Source: an uncultured Oscillospiraceae bacterium
GTDB taxonomy: Bacteria > Bacillota > Clostridia > Oscillospirales > Oscillospiraceae
Direction: 5' to 3'
Length of the DNA stretch: 64,000 bases
Assembly (NCBI GenBank): GCA_905234855.1
Contig: CAJOIU010000006.1
Coordinates: forward strand, 1,893 to 65,892
The notes under the pieces are model-generated. The model had not been told where the DNA came from, made no database searches, and was given only the letters and a program-made list of their open reading frames with translations. The position numbers and the translations under genes are program-made. Positions 40,603 to 50,070 of this stretch are shown here, in pieces (position 1 is the first letter of the stretch; the number at the start of each line of letters is the position of its first letter).

Positions 40603-43344
40603 ATGCACATACCGGCACAGGAGCAAAGGCGCGGGTTTTCCGCCGCGGCAGGGATCTGCTTTTCCTCCTGCGCGCTGACGCTTTTGCTGCTGCTGGCCGC
40701 CTGCGCCATCCGCGGCCTATGGCCCTTCGGGTCGGATAACGTCGCCTATGTGGACACGGCGCAGTTTTATGTGCCAGAGTATTACAAGGTCTGGGACGCT
40801 CTGCACGGCGCGTCCGCCCGCCTGAACTGGTTTACCGGGCTGGCCGAGGGCAGCAATATGACCTTCCTCGGTCTGACGAATCCTGCAAACTACGTCTTCC
40901 TGCTCCTGCCGAGGGATCATATTCTGGAGGGGCTGACCCTCTATCTGGCGGCTTATCTGCTGCTGTGCGCGGTCACGACCTCCCTGTGCGTGCATGCCCG
41001 CTTCGGCTCGCTGCATCCCGTGTGGCAGCTCAGCCTCACGCTGATCTATGTTTTCTCCGGCTTCGTGCTGCAATACTACGCCAATTTCAACTGGATCTGG
41101 ATCGCCGCGGTGTTCCCGATCCTGATGCTCGCGCTGGAGCGTCTGCTGCGGGACGGGAAATATATCCTCTATGCCGCCGTATACGCCTATTATCTCTATT
41201 ACTCCGTGTATTTCGCCTATATGGCGACCATCTATGTGCTGCTGTTTTCCTTTGCCTACTGCGCCTTCGTGCTGCCGCGGGAGCAGCGGGGCGACCGCTT
41301 GCTGCGTCTCGGTCTGAGCACAGCGGCGGGATATGCCGTATGCGCCCGCTCATGGCTGGCCGACTCCGCGGTTCTCACCGGCACCTCCCGCTTCCAGTCG
41401 AACCTCGACACCGGGCTGCTGGCGGGCATCAGCACATGGGACATCACGAACACCCGCCATACGCTCCTCATGCTGCTTGGTACGGCGCTGCTGCTTGCCA
41501 TCCTGCTGCGGGCAGGCCGGCGCGGGCGGCTGCTGCCCCCGGAGGAGTGGGCGCGACGGCGCGGCACGGCGCGGTTTTTCGCCTTTCTCCTCGGCGCGCT
41601 CGCCCTGCCTATGGTTTTTACGAACATCGACGCGGCATGGCACTTTGGCCGATATAATTTCTTCCCCATGCGCTATGGCTATATGCTCCCGGCGACGCTG
41701 ATCGCCGCGGCAGGTCTCGCGCTGGAGCGGGAGGCCGCACGACCCGCGCCAGAAGGGGAAAAGCGGCTCGACTCGCTTCGGCTGACGGGCGCGGCAGGCA
41801 TCGCAGCGATCCTCGTGTTCCTTGAGCCGCGGCTGACGGCCTATTTCCGCGAATACGGCGCGTGCTTTCTCACGGCGCTGGGCGCGAAGCGGTATTGGCT
41901 GAGCTATTTCGCCCTGTACGCTGGCTGCGGCCTGCTTCTTATCGCGCTGTATCTTCTGCTTCTGCGGCTGAAAAACCGGCGGCTGGGCATGGGGCTCATC
42001 GCTGCCGCGCTGCTGCTCCAGCTCGGAACGAACGCCTGTGGCCTGCTCGCGCCGAGCGACGACCATACCACCACCCGGGAATACGACCCGGCCTACATCG
42101 AAACGGCGGACAGCCTCTATGAATACTTCTCCGAACAGGAGCTGTCGCCGCTCTCCCGCTTCAAAAATGCGGACAGCAGCCTGAACGCCGGGTATCCCGC
42201 CATCGCGGGCGTAAGCTCGCTGGCGAGCGTCAATTCCGCCAACTCCGCGCTGCGGCTCGGCATGTTCCGGGAGCTGGGGTATACTGTCAATTATATCCGC
42301 ATCCTTGACGTGGGCGGAACGGTCTTTTCCGACAGGCTGCTCGGGGTGGATACCATCCTCACCGCCGGAGCGCCGGACGAATCGCTCTATATCCCCACCG
42401 ATACGGTCGTGGACGGCATCCGCATAAGCCGCGCCCGCTATCCCGGCGTGATCGGGCTCCAGTTCCCCGATGGCGCGCTGGACGGCTATCTTGACGAGCT
42501 TACGCTGCCTGGGCGGCTCAACACGCTGTACGCGGCGTTCACTGGCTCCGAGGAGGCGCTGGCAGCCGCGCCGCCCTATGCTCTGACCGCCGAGGGCGAG
42601 GGCATGAAGACGTATACGCTCACCGTACCGCTGGACGAGGCGTCGTTCCTCTACCTTGCCGCCGACGCCGTGCTGGTGAATATCGCCGCGGACGGGCGCA
42701 GTATTCCCGTGCCGACGTATCAAAACACCGAAAACACCATCTATCCCGCCGCCTTCAACTCGAATCTTCTCTATCTCGGCCGCTTCGACAGCGGCACGGT
42801 GACCGTGACGTTCCTGTCGGTCGGGGACATCACGGAAGACATGCTGACGCTGACCGCGCTGCGGTGCGATCTCATCGAGCGCTTTGCCGGGGATGCGCGG
42901 CGCGATCCCGCCATGACCGCCGCCAATGACGGCGACGGAATGACCCTCACGCTGACGGCGGCGGAGAACGGCATGCGGCTGTTTCTTCCGCTGACCTACA
43001 GCCTCCGCTGGCGCTGCACGGTGAACGGCAGCCCCGTCTCGCCGGAGCGCACCGCCGGAACGATGCTGAGCATCCCTCTTCAAAAAGGCGAAAACACCGT
43101 GACTCTCGCGCGGGGCGCCGCGCCCCTGCAGCTCGACGCGGAAACTTGTATTTCGCTGGCGGGCATCCTGCTGTGCGCCGCATGGCTCGTCCTGCGGCGA
43201 CGGATGACCGTCACGCCGCCCCGGTGGGCATATACCGCGGCGCAGGGTCTTTTCGGCGCCGTCATGCTGGCCGCCGCCGGCTTCCTGTATATCGCCCCCA
43301 TACTCCTGCTGATAACACGCGGTTCCATGATCCGCTTCGGATAA
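40603..43344 (+). CDS. yfhO: YfhO-family polytopic membrane glycosyltransferase (GT-C-like)
   Basis: 913 aa. N-terminal LWPFGSDNVAYVDTAQFYVPEY is the characteristic YfhO start. Many TM helices and a large extracytoplasmic C-terminal domain. Confidence 0.75.
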   Translation: MHIPAQEQRRGFSAAAGICFSSCALTLLLLLAACAIRGLWPFGSDNVAYVDTAQFYVPEYYKVWDALHGASARLNWFTGLAEGSNMTFLGLTNPANYVFLLLPRDHILEGLTLYLAAYLLLCAVTTSLCVHARFGSLHPVWQLSLTLIYVFSGFVLQYYANFNWIWIAAVFPILMLALERLLRDGKYILYAAVYAYYLYYSVYFAYMATIYVLLFSFAYCAFVLPREQRGDRLLRLGLSTAAGYAVCARSWLADSAVLTGTSRFQSNLDTGLLAGISTWDITNTRHTLLMLLGTALLLAILLRAGRRGRLLPPEEWARRRGTARFFAFLLGALALPMVFTNIDAAWHFGRYNFFPMRYGYMLPATLIAAAGLALEREAARPAPEGEKRLDSLRLTGAAGIAAILVFLEPRLTAYFREYGACFLTALGAKRYWLSYFALYAGCGLLLIALYLLLLRLKNRRLGMGLIAAALLLQLGTNACGLLAPSDDHTTTREYDPAYIETADSLYEYFSEQELSPLSRFKNADSSLNAGYPAIAGVSSLASVNSANSALRLGMFRELGYTVNYIRILDVGGTVFSDRLLGVDTILTAGAPDESLYIPTDTVVDGIRISRARYPGVIGLQFPDGALDGYLDELTLPGRLNTLYAAFTGSEEALAAAPPYALTAEGEGMKTYTLTVPLDEASFLYLAADAVLVNIAADGRSIPVPTYQNTENTIYPAAFNSNLLYLGRFDSGTVTVTFLSVGDITEDMLTLTALRCDLIERFAGDARRDPAMTAANDGDGMTLTLTAAENGMRLFLPLTYSLRWRCTVNGSPVSPERTAGTMLSIPLQKGENTVTLARGAAPLQLDAETCISLAGILLCAAWLVLRRRMTVTPPRWAYTAAQGLFGAVMLAAAGFLYIAPILLLITRGSMIRFG

Positions 43345-43368
43345 CGACCACCCAAAAGGAGATACGAT

Positions 43369-44493
43369 ATGTTCATTCCTTTCAATGTCCCACCCGTCTG
43401 CCCGGAATCGGAGGCCTGTGTCCGGGAAGCCATCGCCTCCCATAAGATCTCCGGCGACGGCGCGTTCACCAAAAAATGTCACGCATGGCTGGAGGAGAAG
43501 ACCGGCACCGCCCGGGCGCTCCTCACCACCAGCGGCACCCACGCGCTGGAAATGGCCGCCATCCTGTGCGGTCTGGAGCCGGGGGACGAGGTGATCCTGC
43601 CGTCGTATACCTTTTCCTCCACCGCGAACGCCTTTGTGCTCTGCGGCGCAAAGCTCGTGTTCGTGGACATCCGCCCCGACACGATGAACATCGATGAGCG
43701 GCTCATCGAGGACGCGATCACACCGAAAACGAAGGTCATCTGCGCCGTGCATTACGCAGGCGTCGCCTGCGCCATGGACGAGATCATGGATATCGCCCGG
43801 CGGCACGGCCTCAAGGTAGTGGAGGACGCCGCGCAGGGCGCCATGAGCACCTATAAAGGACAGGCGCTGGGCGCCATCGGCGATTTCGGCTGCTTGAGCT
43901 TCCATGAGACGAAAAACTATTCCATGGGCGAGGGCGGCGCGCTGCTCATCCGTGACGACGATGGCCGCGCCGAGATCCTGCGGGAAAAAGGCACGAACCG
44001 CAGCCAGTTCTTCCGGGGCATGGTGGATAAATACACTTGGGTCGATTACGGCTCCAGCTACCTGCCCAGCGAGCTGAACGCCGCGTATCTCTATGGGCAG
44101 CTCCAGATCGCGGACACGATCAACGACGCGCGTCTGCACGCTTGGGCGCTGTACCGGGATGGCCTCGCGCCGCTGGCGGAGGCCGGACGGATCGTCCTGC
44201 CGTATATCCCCGAGGGGTGCATCCATAACGCCCACATGTTCTGGCTCAAGACGAAGGATCTCGCCGAGCGAACCGCCCTCATCACGTATTTGAAGGAGCG
44301 GGGCGTGAACGCCGTGTTCCACTATGTCCCGCTCCATTCCGCCCCCGCCGGGCAGCGCTTCGGCCGCTTCCACGGGGAGGATCGCTTCACCACCGCCGAG
44401 AGCGACCGGCTGGTGCGGCTGCCGATGTATTACGGCATAACGGACGACGACGTGCATACCGTGATCGAGGCCGTGCGGGCGTTTTACGCCTAA
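43369..44493 (+). CDS. wecE: dTDP-4-amino-4,6-dideoxygalactose transaminase (DegT/DnrJ/EryC1 family)
   Basis: Collinear over its full length with my recollection of E. coli WecE (from memory, not a computed alignment). Shared stretches: IPFNVPP, PSYTF(S/V)STANAFVL, VHYAGVAC, SFHETKNY (PLP lysine), REKGTNRSQFFRG.VDKYTW, NAHMF and FHYVPLH. Confidence 0.85.
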   Translation: MFIPFNVPPVCPESEACVREAIASHKISGDGAFTKKCHAWLEEKTGTARALLTTSGTHALEMAAILCGLEPGDEVILPSYTFSSTANAFVLCGAKLVFVDIRPDTMNIDERLIEDAITPKTKVICAVHYAGVACAMDEIMDIARRHGLKVVEDAAQGAMSTYKGQALGAIGDFGCLSFHETKNYSMGEGGALLIRDDDGRAEILREKGTNRSQFFRGMVDKYTWVDYGSSYLPSELNAAYLYGQLQIADTINDARLHAWALYRDGLAPLAEAGRIVLPYIPEGCIHNAHMFWLKTKDLAERTALITYLKERGVNAVFHYVPLHSAPAGQRFGRFHGEDRFTTAESDRLVRLPMYYGITDDDVHTVIEAVRAFYA

Positions 44494-44511
44494 GGAAAGG
44501 TTTCACCGACT

Positions 44512-46755
44512 ATGGCCATGTTGATCTTTTGGGGAGCCGCCTTGGCGGGACTGGTTCTCGCCGCGCTCCTGTGTATCGGCCGCCTCCGGCGGGGCGGCGG
44601 GGCGGCAGAGCTGCTGACGGACTTCGGGCTGGCCGTGCTTTCGGCGCTTGCCGTCGATTGGACGGTCGTATCCATGCTGGAGCGCCGGGTCGATCTCCGC
44701 CCGGAGACACTCTTTTCCCTGCTGGCGGAGGGGCAGCCCCAAGCAGGCAGGCTCGCCGCGCTGCTCATCGGCGTTCTCGGCTGTTTCGCGCTGTATCTGA
44801 CCCTGCGGGGCAAGGCACTGCGCCGCCGGATGAACGAAGCGTATCGGAAGGACGGCGCGCGCTGGCTGATTTCCGCCGCCGTGACGGGACTTTTTGTTCT
44901 CTGGGCGATGCGGATCACCGTCACGAGCTTCATGACGAACGACGATACCTTTGTCATGCGCGCCATCGCGGAGATTCCGGAAAACGGCCTGCGCTCCGCG
45001 GTGGGGACTTTCTCGAACATCCTGTTCTGCGGCTTGCTGTCGCTTTTCTACCGCATCGACCCGGAGGGCTGGTGGTATGCGGGCTACCATATCGCCGCCA
45101 TCGCCTTGTCTCTCACGGTCATCGGGCGCTGCGTGCTGCTGAAAACCGCCCGCCGCGGCTGGCCGGTGCTTTGCGGCGTTATGATCCACGCGCTGCTCTG
45201 CGCGGGTGTGTTCGCCTACTCGCTCTCGGAGCTGTCCTTCACCGTGACCCCCGCCATCGTCGGCTCCGCCGCCGTCGCGCTCATGCTCTGCCGGAGCGAT
45301 ATCGAGCGCCGCGCCGGACGGATCGCCTCGGATATCGCGGGCGTCGTCCTCATGCTGCTGTGCTACCTCCAGCGCTACGCCACCGGGCAATGCCTGCTGT
45401 GCTTCTGGGGTCTTGCCGCCGCCTATCAGGCGCTTCGGCTCCTGCTGCGGCGGGATGGGCATTGGAAGGGCGGCCTGCTTGCCATCTGCGCCTCGGTGCT
45501 GGCGGTGTTCGCGCTCATCAGCGTCTCCCGCTCCGTCATCCGGGAAAACTCCCTCTCCGCCGGTTCCGATTATTCCAACGCCGAATACTACCGCTCCATG
45601 GTCATGGACTACCTCATCGGCGGTCTATCGGATGAACAGCTTGAAGCGGCGGGACTGCCGCCGGAGCTGAGTCTGCTGCTGCGCAACTGGTATTTCATGG
45701 ACGAGCGCATCAATACCGACACCTTCCGCACCATCACGGAGATGTATGGCAGCGATACGCTTTCCGATGCGGCGGAAACGGCGAAATCGCTGCCGGACAG
45801 CCTGTCGGAGCTTTTCACTTCCATCGCCGAAAGCACGCGGATGCGCACGCGCGCGCTGATCGCCATGGCGCTGCTTCTGCTCTGCGCCGCCGCTTTTACG
45901 CGGTATGGGCGGAAATACTGGCCGGAATTTCTGTGCGCCGTCTGCACCATGGGCGGAGCGTTCCTGCTGTCGCTATATCTTGTGATGGACGGCCGCTTCC
46001 CGATCCGAGCCTTCCTCGTGATAGCGCTGCCTGCCGTCACCGCGCTGCTGCTGATGGCGCTCTCCGCGCCGGAGGAGCCGCGGCCGATGTCTCGGGGAGG
46101 ACGCTGTGCTCTTATCGGCGTATGCGCCGTGCTGGTGCTTTCGATCTGCGTTTTTGCCCGGCAGTCAGTGCGGAACGTGCCTTACAGCAAGGACTACGCT
46201 GACCGCGCCATGGTCTTTGAGAGCCAATGGGCCACGGAGGAATATGCCTTCGACCATCCCGATATCTTTTTTGTGACGAACTTCTTCGAGCAGAACCTCG
46301 ATCCCTTCCACGGCGGGACATATCCCGACAACATGTCCCTTTGGGGCGGCACGGGCGTCACCGCCTCGTCGAACCGCCGATATGCGGACGCCTTTTTCCG
46401 GGACGACGTTCGGTTTATGTGCGAAAACCCCGGCATGATCCTTTTCGTGCTGCAATATCTGACGCTGGACAACGGTCCCGTACAGGCCGCGATGGACGCG
46501 AGCCTCACCTCGAACATCTTCGTATACGATCTGACGCGGATCCGCCCCGCCGACGGCCGCGGCGGCTGGTATGAGCAGGACGGCATGACCTATTATTTCC
46601 GGGACGGGCAGGCGCTCACCGGCACGCAGGTCATCGACGGAGAGACCTACGAATTTGCCCCCGCCGGCGCCGCCGCCCGGATGAACGTCCTCCGTGAGGA
46701 GGATCGCACCCTCTACACCACGAATGCCTATGCGCTTACGGAGGCCGCGGAATGA
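44512..46755 (+). CDS. polytopic membrane protein with a C-terminal cell-wall-binding (choline-binding-type) repeat
   Basis: About 500 aa of TM-rich sequence, then a soluble domain ending in GWYEQDGMTYYFRDGQALTGTQVIDGETYEF (a CW_binding_1-like repeat). Confidence 0.7.
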   Translation: MAMLIFWGAALAGLVLAALLCIGRLRRGGGAAELLTDFGLAVLSALAVDWTVVSMLERRVDLRPETLFSLLAEGQPQAGRLAALLIGVLGCFALYLTLRGKALRRRMNEAYRKDGARWLISAAVTGLFVLWAMRITVTSFMTNDDTFVMRAIAEIPENGLRSAVGTFSNILFCGLLSLFYRIDPEGWWYAGYHIAAIALSLTVIGRCVLLKTARRGWPVLCGVMIHALLCAGVFAYSLSELSFTVTPAIVGSAAVALMLCRSDIERRAGRIASDIAGVVLMLLCYLQRYATGQCLLCFWGLAAAYQALRLLLRRDGHWKGGLLAICASVLAVFALISVSRSVIRENSLSAGSDYSNAEYYRSMVMDYLIGGLSDEQLEAAGLPPELSLLLRNWYFMDERINTDTFRTITEMYGSDTLSDAAETAKSLPDSLSELFTSIAESTRMRTRALIAMALLLLCAAAFTRYGRKYWPEFLCAVCTMGGAFLLSLYLVMDGRFPIRAFLVIALPAVTALLLMALSAPEEPRPMSRGGRCALIGVCAVLVLSICVFARQSVRNVPYSKDYADRAMVFESQWATEEYAFDHPDIFFVTNFFEQNLDPFHGGTYPDNMSLWGGTGVTASSNRRYADAFFRDDVRFMCENPGMILFVLQYLTLDNGPVQAAMDASLTSNIFVYDLTRIRPADGRGGWYEQDGMTYYFRDGQALTGTQVIDGETYEFAPAGAAARMNVLREEDRTLYTTNAYALTEAAE

Positions 46756-47870
46756 ACAAAAAAAAACTCGCCGTTATCGGCGCGAACGAGTTTCAGAACC
46801 CGCTGATCCTCAAGGCGCAGGAGCTGGGCTACGAGGTCCACGCCTTCGCTTGGGAGGCGGGCGCCGTCGGCGAGACCACCGCCGATGTGTTCCACCCCAT
46901 CAGCATCGTAGAGAAGGAGGCCATCTGGGAGGAATGCCGCGCCATCGGCATAGAAGCCTGCTGCTCCATCGGCTCCGACCTTGCCACGCATACCGTGAAC
47001 TATATCCAGCGGAAGCTGGGAAAGCCCTGCAATCCTGAGATCACGGACACCGTCGCCACCAATAAATTCGAGATGCGGCGTGCCTTTGAGGCCGCGGGCG
47101 TGGCCTGCCCGGGCTATCGATGCGTTTCCGCTGCTCCCTCCGAGGCGGAGCTGGCGGGCATGCGCTATCCCATGATCGTGAAGCCCACCGACCGCTCCGG
47201 CAGCCGCGGCATCTTCAAGGTATCGGATTACGCCGCGCTGTGCGCCGCCGTACCGCAGGCCATCGAAAGCTCCTTCGAAAAGCGCGCCGTCATCGAGGAA
47301 TATATTGACGGCCCCGAATATAGCTGCGAGGGCATATCCTTCGAGGGCAAGCATCACATTCTCGCGCTGACAAAAAAATTCACCACCGGCGCGCCCCATT
47401 TCATCGAGACGGGACACGAAGAGCCCTCCGACATCCCGCTCGAGGCGCAGGAGGCGGTGAAGGCGCAGATCCGCCGCGCCCTCGATGCGCTGCAGATCCG
47501 CTATGGCGCGAGCCACGCGGAGTTCAAGCTCACGCCGGAGGGCGAAGCGCGCATCATCGAGATCGGCGCGCGCATGGGCGGTGACTGCATCGGCTCCGAC
47601 CTTGTGTACCTCTCCACCGGGCTGGATTTCACCGCCATGGTGATCGACGCTGCCTGCGGCCGCGAGCCGGATCTCACGCCGAAGCGCGCCCCCGCCAAGG
47701 CTTCCATCCGCTTCATCTTTACCCGCGAGGATCGCGAGGCGCTCGACGCGCTCCGCCGCGCCGCGCCGGATACCATATGGCGCGCCGAATGCGACGAGGA
47801 CGCCCTCTCCGAGGCCGTGACCGACAGCTCCAACCGCCACGGTTACTGGATCACCGCGGAGCCGCTTTGA
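46752..47870 (+). CDS. ATP-grasp ligase (classical pre-ATP-grasp plus ATP-grasp, L-amino-acid-ligase/PurK-like)
   Basis: ATGA overlap with the upstream gene. KKLAVIGANEFQNPLI (Rossmann-like N domain), YPMIVKPTDRSGSRGI, EEYIDGPEYS and EIGARMGGD. Confidence 0.8.
   Translation: MNKKKLAVIGANEFQNPLILKAQELGYEVHAFAWEAGAVGETTADVFHPISIVEKEAIWEECRAIGIEACCSIGSDLATHTVNYIQRKLGKPCNPEITDTVATNKFEMRRAFEAAGVACPGYRCVSAAPSEAELAGMRYPMIVKPTDRSGSRGIFKVSDYAALCAAVPQAIESSFEKRAVIEEYIDGPEYSCEGISFEGKHHILALTKKFTTGAPHFIETGHEEPSDIPLEAQEAVKAQIRRALDALQIRYGASHAEFKLTPEGEARIIEIGARMGGDCIGSDLVYLSTGLDFTAMVIDAACGREPDLTPKRAPAKASIRFIFTREDREALDALRRAAPDTIWRAECDEDALSEAVTDSSNRHGYWITAEPL
46758..46766 (+). repeat. A9 homopolymer at codons 3-5 of the first ATP-grasp gene
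   Basis: ATG AAC AAA AAA AAA CTC, a run of nine A in a GC-rich genome. Confidence 0.9.
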
Positions 47871-47914
47871 ACCGAAAATCCTGTATTTTAAACATAAAGA
47901 AAGGATCGAACATT

Positions 47915-49102
47915 ATGAAAAAGCTCATGGTACTGGGCGCCGGCTTCCCGCAGGCGCAGCTCATAAACGCCGCGAAGGAGATGGGCTATCGCACCGTCGT
48001 CTGCAGCATCCCCGGGGATTATCCCGGCTTCTCGTGCGCCGACGAGGTCGCCTATGCCGATATCTCCAGCCCCGAGGAGGTGCTGCAGGCGGCGAAGGAT
48101 TTCCACGCGGACGGCATCGCCACCTGCTGCCTCGACACGGGCGTGCGCGCCCTCGGCTATGCCTGCGAGAAGCTGGGCTATCCCGGACTGAGCGAGACCG
48201 CCGCCATCCGCAGCGCTGATAAGTGGCAGATGAAAAACGCCTTTATGGACGCGGGCGTCAACACCGCCCGCTGCTATCAGGTAACGAGCCGGGAGAGCCT
48301 CGGGGAAGCCCTTGGCAAGCTCGTGCTCCCGGTCGTCGTGAAGGCCGTGGATCTTCAGGGCAGCAAGGGCGTGTATATCTGCCGCACGGCGGAGGAGGCC
48401 TTCGCCGCCTTCGACGAGGCCATGCGCCTGACCCGTCGGGATTACTGCATCGTGGAGGAATTTATCGAGGGCAACGAGCTCGGCGCGCAGGCCTTCGTAT
48501 ACAAGGGCGAGATCGTGTTTGTCCTGCCCCACGGCGATAACACCTATATGAGCAAGACAGCCGTTCCCATCGGCCATTATGTTCCCATCGACGCGAGCGA
48601 GAGCGTTATCGAAGCTGCCAAGGAGCAGTCCGAGAAGGCCATCCGTGCCCTCGGTCTCGACAACTGCGCGGTGAACATCGATCTCATCGAGCGGGATGGG
48701 AAGATCTACGTCATCGAGCTGACCGGCCGCGCGGGCGCCACCGCCTTGGTGGAGCTGGTGAGCATCTACTACGGCATGGACTATTTCAAGATGATCGCCG
48801 CTATGGCCATGGGGGACGATCCGCTCGCCATCTTTAACGCCCGGGACGGCAAGGCCGTGGCAAACGCCTCCCGGATGCTTCTCTCAGAGAAGTCCGGCGT
48901 GGTGAAGCGCATCGAAAACACCGTCCCCATGGACGAGCATGTGTATGATCTCACCCTCATCATCAAGGAGGGCGACACCATCAACAAATTCACGAACGCC
49001 AAGGACCGTATCGGGCAGGTCATCGTCTCGGGCAAGACGGCGCAGGAGTGCCTCGACCGCATCGACGAGATCCTTACCCAAATCAAGATCGAGGTTGAAT
49101 AA
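47915..49102 (+). CDS. ATP-grasp ligase, paralogue of 46752-47870
   Basis: RBS AAAGAAAGGA. KKLMVLGAGFPQAQLI, LPVVVKAVDLQGSKGV, EEFIEGNELG and ELTGRAGAT. Confidence 0.8.
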   Translation: MKKLMVLGAGFPQAQLINAAKEMGYRTVVCSIPGDYPGFSCADEVAYADISSPEEVLQAAKDFHADGIATCCLDTGVRALGYACEKLGYPGLSETAAIRSADKWQMKNAFMDAGVNTARCYQVTSRESLGEALGKLVLPVVVKAVDLQGSKGVYICRTAEEAFAAFDEAMRLTRRDYCIVEEFIEGNELGAQAFVYKGEIVFVLPHGDNTYMSKTAVPIGHYVPIDASESVIEAAKEQSEKAIRALGLDNCAVNIDLIERDGKIYVIELTGRAGATALVELVSIYYGMDYFKMIAAMAMGDDPLAIFNARDGKAVANASRMLLSEKSGVVKRIENTVPMDEHVYDLTLIIKEGDTINKFTNAKDRIGQVIVSGKTAQECLDRIDEILTQIKIEVE

Positions 49103-49107
49103 CTGCT

Positions 49108-50070
49108 ATGATTACCGTTTCCGTAGCCATCCCCTGCTATAAATCCGCTCTGACGATCCCCTCGGTCGTCAACGAGATCCGAAACACGCTCAGCAAGCGG
49201 GAGGGGTATGATTATCAGATCATTCTGGTGAACGATTACCCGGACGACAGCACCTTCGACGTGATCGCCTCTCTCTGCAGCGCCGATCCGAAGATCATCG
49301 GCGTGAACCTCTCGCGCAACTTCGGCCAAACCACGGCAAAAATGGCCGCGCTGCCCTATGTCACAGGGGACGTGCTGGTGTATATGGACGACGACGGACA
49401 GCATCCCGCCGACCAGATCTTCAAGCTGGTGGATAAGGTAATGGAGGGCAGCGATCTCGTCTATGCCCGGTTCCCCCATAAAAAGCACTCGCTTTTCAAG
49501 CGCTTCACGAGCTGGATGAACTCAAAGATGCTGGAGCTGAACGGCTCCAAGCCGAAGGGCATCTCCATTTCCAGCTATCTCGCGCTCAACCGGGTCTCGG
49601 TAGAGGCGCTGAAAAAATACAAAAGCCCCTTCCCGTCCATGGGGGGCTATCTCTCCCATGTCGTGCGCAGGGTCGCCAATGTGGATCTGGAGCACCGCGA
49701 CCGGCTGGCCGGCAAATCGAACTATACGCTGAAGAAGCTTCTGAACCTGTGGCTGACGGGCTTTACGAATTTCTCCACGGTGCCGCTGCGCTTCGCTTCG
49801 TATCTCGGAGGCGGATGCGCGCTGGCTGGCTTCGTCTACACCATCGTGGTCATCGTCAAAAAGCTCATCAATCCCTCCGTCCCCGTCGGCTACACCACCA
49901 GCATCGCTCTCCAGCTCATCATCGGCGGCGTCATCATGTTCATCCTCGGCCTGTGCGGGGAATACATCGGCCGCATCTATATGACCGTGAGCGATATGCC
50001 CCAGTATGAGATCCGCGAAACGATCAACGCGCCGGAGAAAGAGAAGGAGACAAACCGTTATGAGCAGTAA
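49108..50070 (+). CDS. GT2 polyprenyl-phosphate glycosyltransferase (GtrB/ArnC/CsbB-like)
   Basis: VAIPCYKS, LVNDYPDDST, SRNFGQ, DDDGQHP, then FSTVPLR and two C-terminal TM helices ending in GEYIGRIY. This is the same architecture as GtrB. Confidence 0.85.
   Translation: MITVSVAIPCYKSALTIPSVVNEIRNTLSKREGYDYQIILVNDYPDDSTFDVIASLCSADPKIIGVNLSRNFGQTTAKMAALPYVTGDVLVYMDDDGQHPADQIFKLVDKVMEGSDLVYARFPHKKHSLFKRFTSWMNSKMLELNGSKPKGISISSYLALNRVSVEALKKYKSPFPSMGGYLSHVVRRVANVDLEHRDRLAGKSNYTLKKLLNLWLTGFTNFSTVPLRFASYLGGGCALAGFVYTIVVIVKKLINPSVPVGYTTSIALQLIIGGVIMFILGLCGEYIGRIYMTVSDMPQYEIRETINAPEKEKETNRYEQ

Noticed and set aside
41350-44457. 1035-aa ORF on the minus strand, the longest ORF in the window
   Set aside because: It spans the antisense of both yfhO and wecE, including their intergenic spacer. 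It is low-complexity and Arg/Gly/Ala-rich. WecE on the plus strand matches its family end to end.
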